A stretch of 64,000 bases of DNA, taken from Octopus sinensis (Eukaryota). A program made the translations under genes and the position numbers. Below the pieces are notes generated by a model. It did no database searches. It worked only from the letters and a program-made list of their open reading frames with translations, and was not told the DNA's origin. Shown here one piece after another: positions 62,862 through 64,000 of this stretch (the first letter of the stretch is position 1; each line of letters opens with the position of its first letter). The stretch spans positions 55,366,001 to 55,430,000 of the forward strand of contig NC_043010.1 in NCBI RefSeq assembly GCF_006345805.1, given 5' to 3'.

Positions 62862-63670
62862 CACCATCATCAACGTCATCATCAACGTCATCATCATCAT
62901 TATCACAATCATCATGATCATCACCGCCATCATCATCATCACCACCATCATCACCATCATCATCATCATCTTCATCATCATCGTCATCATCATCATCATC
63001 ATCATCACCACCACCACCATCATCATCATCATCACCACCATGATCATCCCTACCACCATCACCATCATCATCATCACCATCAACATCATCATCACAATCA
63101 TCATAATCATCATCATCAACACCACCACCACCATGATCACCATCATCATCACAATCATCATCATCATCACCACCACCACCATCATCATCATCATCTCCAC
63201 CACCATCATCATCACCATAACTACCACCACCACCACCACCACCACCAACATCATCATCATCATCATAGTCATAGTTGTCGTCGTCGTCAACGTCACCATC
63301 ATTATCAACGCTGTCGTCGTCACCACCGTCGTCGTTATATCAGTCCTCATAGTAGTCATCATCATCATACTCATTGATATCATCGTCATTATTATCGTAA
63401 ACATAGTCATTATCTTCGTCGTCGTCGTCGTCCTTGTCATCGTTGTAGCCTTCTTCTCTTCATTTTCTCCTCTTCATCTCATTTTTATCGTCATCATCAT
63501 TCTCACCATCATTATCGTCGTCCTCGTCGTCGTCGTAGTGATTGTCATCACCGTAGCCTTCTTCTCTTCCCTTTCTCCACTTCATCTCATTTTTATCGTC
63601 ATCATCATCCTCATCATCATCATCGTCGTCGTCGTCATCTTCAACATCATTATCGTCATTGTCGTCGTGG
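62800..63670. repeat. Degenerate (CAT/CAC/CGT)n trinucleotide tract with an internal ~110-bp tandem duplication (about 63430-63640)
   Basis: GTAGCCTTCTTCTCTTC..CTTCATCTCATTTTTATCGTCATCATCAT occurs twice. Confidence 0.93.
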
Positions 63671-63909
63671 TTACATAATCTCTGTTGCATCACGACTACG
63701 TATTCCTGATAATGATTTAATGTCAGATAACAAGCGAACGAGAACATGAAACCAGAAACCGCTGGTTACAAACTCATTTATTAGTAAATCAAAACGAAGA
63801 CCGTCTCTACCCTCACAACCATTCTCTTACCTTCCTTACTACCATTTCTGTTCTTATTCATATTGTTGCTTTTTCTCCATATTTCATTTTTAACGTTTGG
63901 CTGACTACA

Positions 63910-64000
63910 TCAGGAGCAGGTATAGCTTCAAGGTAACATAGTTAACTTCGCAACTACGTGGTTTCAAGTTCGCCCTTGCTATGTGATATTTTGGGCAAAT
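63910..64000 (+). mobile_element. Diverged head of a CORE-type SINE, cut by the window end
   Basis: CAGGAGCAGG..GTGGTTTCAAGTTC..TTTTGGGCAA. Confidence 0.5.

Noticed and set aside
62748-63377. 209-aa histidine-rich ORF, tempting as a beak-type His-rich or metal-binding protein
   Set aside because: It is a degenerate (CAT/CAC)n microsatellite that is stop-free in several frames and both strands, with no signal peptide or Gly/Ala-His repeat structure.

Overview
AT-rich, microsatellite-saturated eukaryotic DNA, most likely an octopus (coleoid cephalopod) intergenic or large-intron region. The taxon is inferred from my recollection of the tRNA-derived SINE families present and from the extreme (TA)n/(CA)n load. 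No host protein-coding gene could be identified; almost all ORFs in the supplied track are stop-free microsatellite translations. Supportable content: dozens of SINEs from at least four modular families (several with readable target-site duplications, two as head-plus-multiple-body arrays), 3' fragments of three CR1-type LINEs and one RTE LINE, two Tc1/mariner transposase relics, MITEs, and an inverted pair of Helentron/DINE-like elements. The most striking signal is a set of minimal type I hammerhead-ribozyme motifs in Penelope-like element termini. Two near-intact copies sit in a 494-bp near-perfect inverted repeat (36783-37276 / 38469-38962), and three decayed copies lie at about 26.9, 46.2 and 58.9 kb. 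A few weak candidate exons are flagged at low confidence. All alignments and folds were done by eye, so boundaries are approximate unless a TSD or TIR is quoted.
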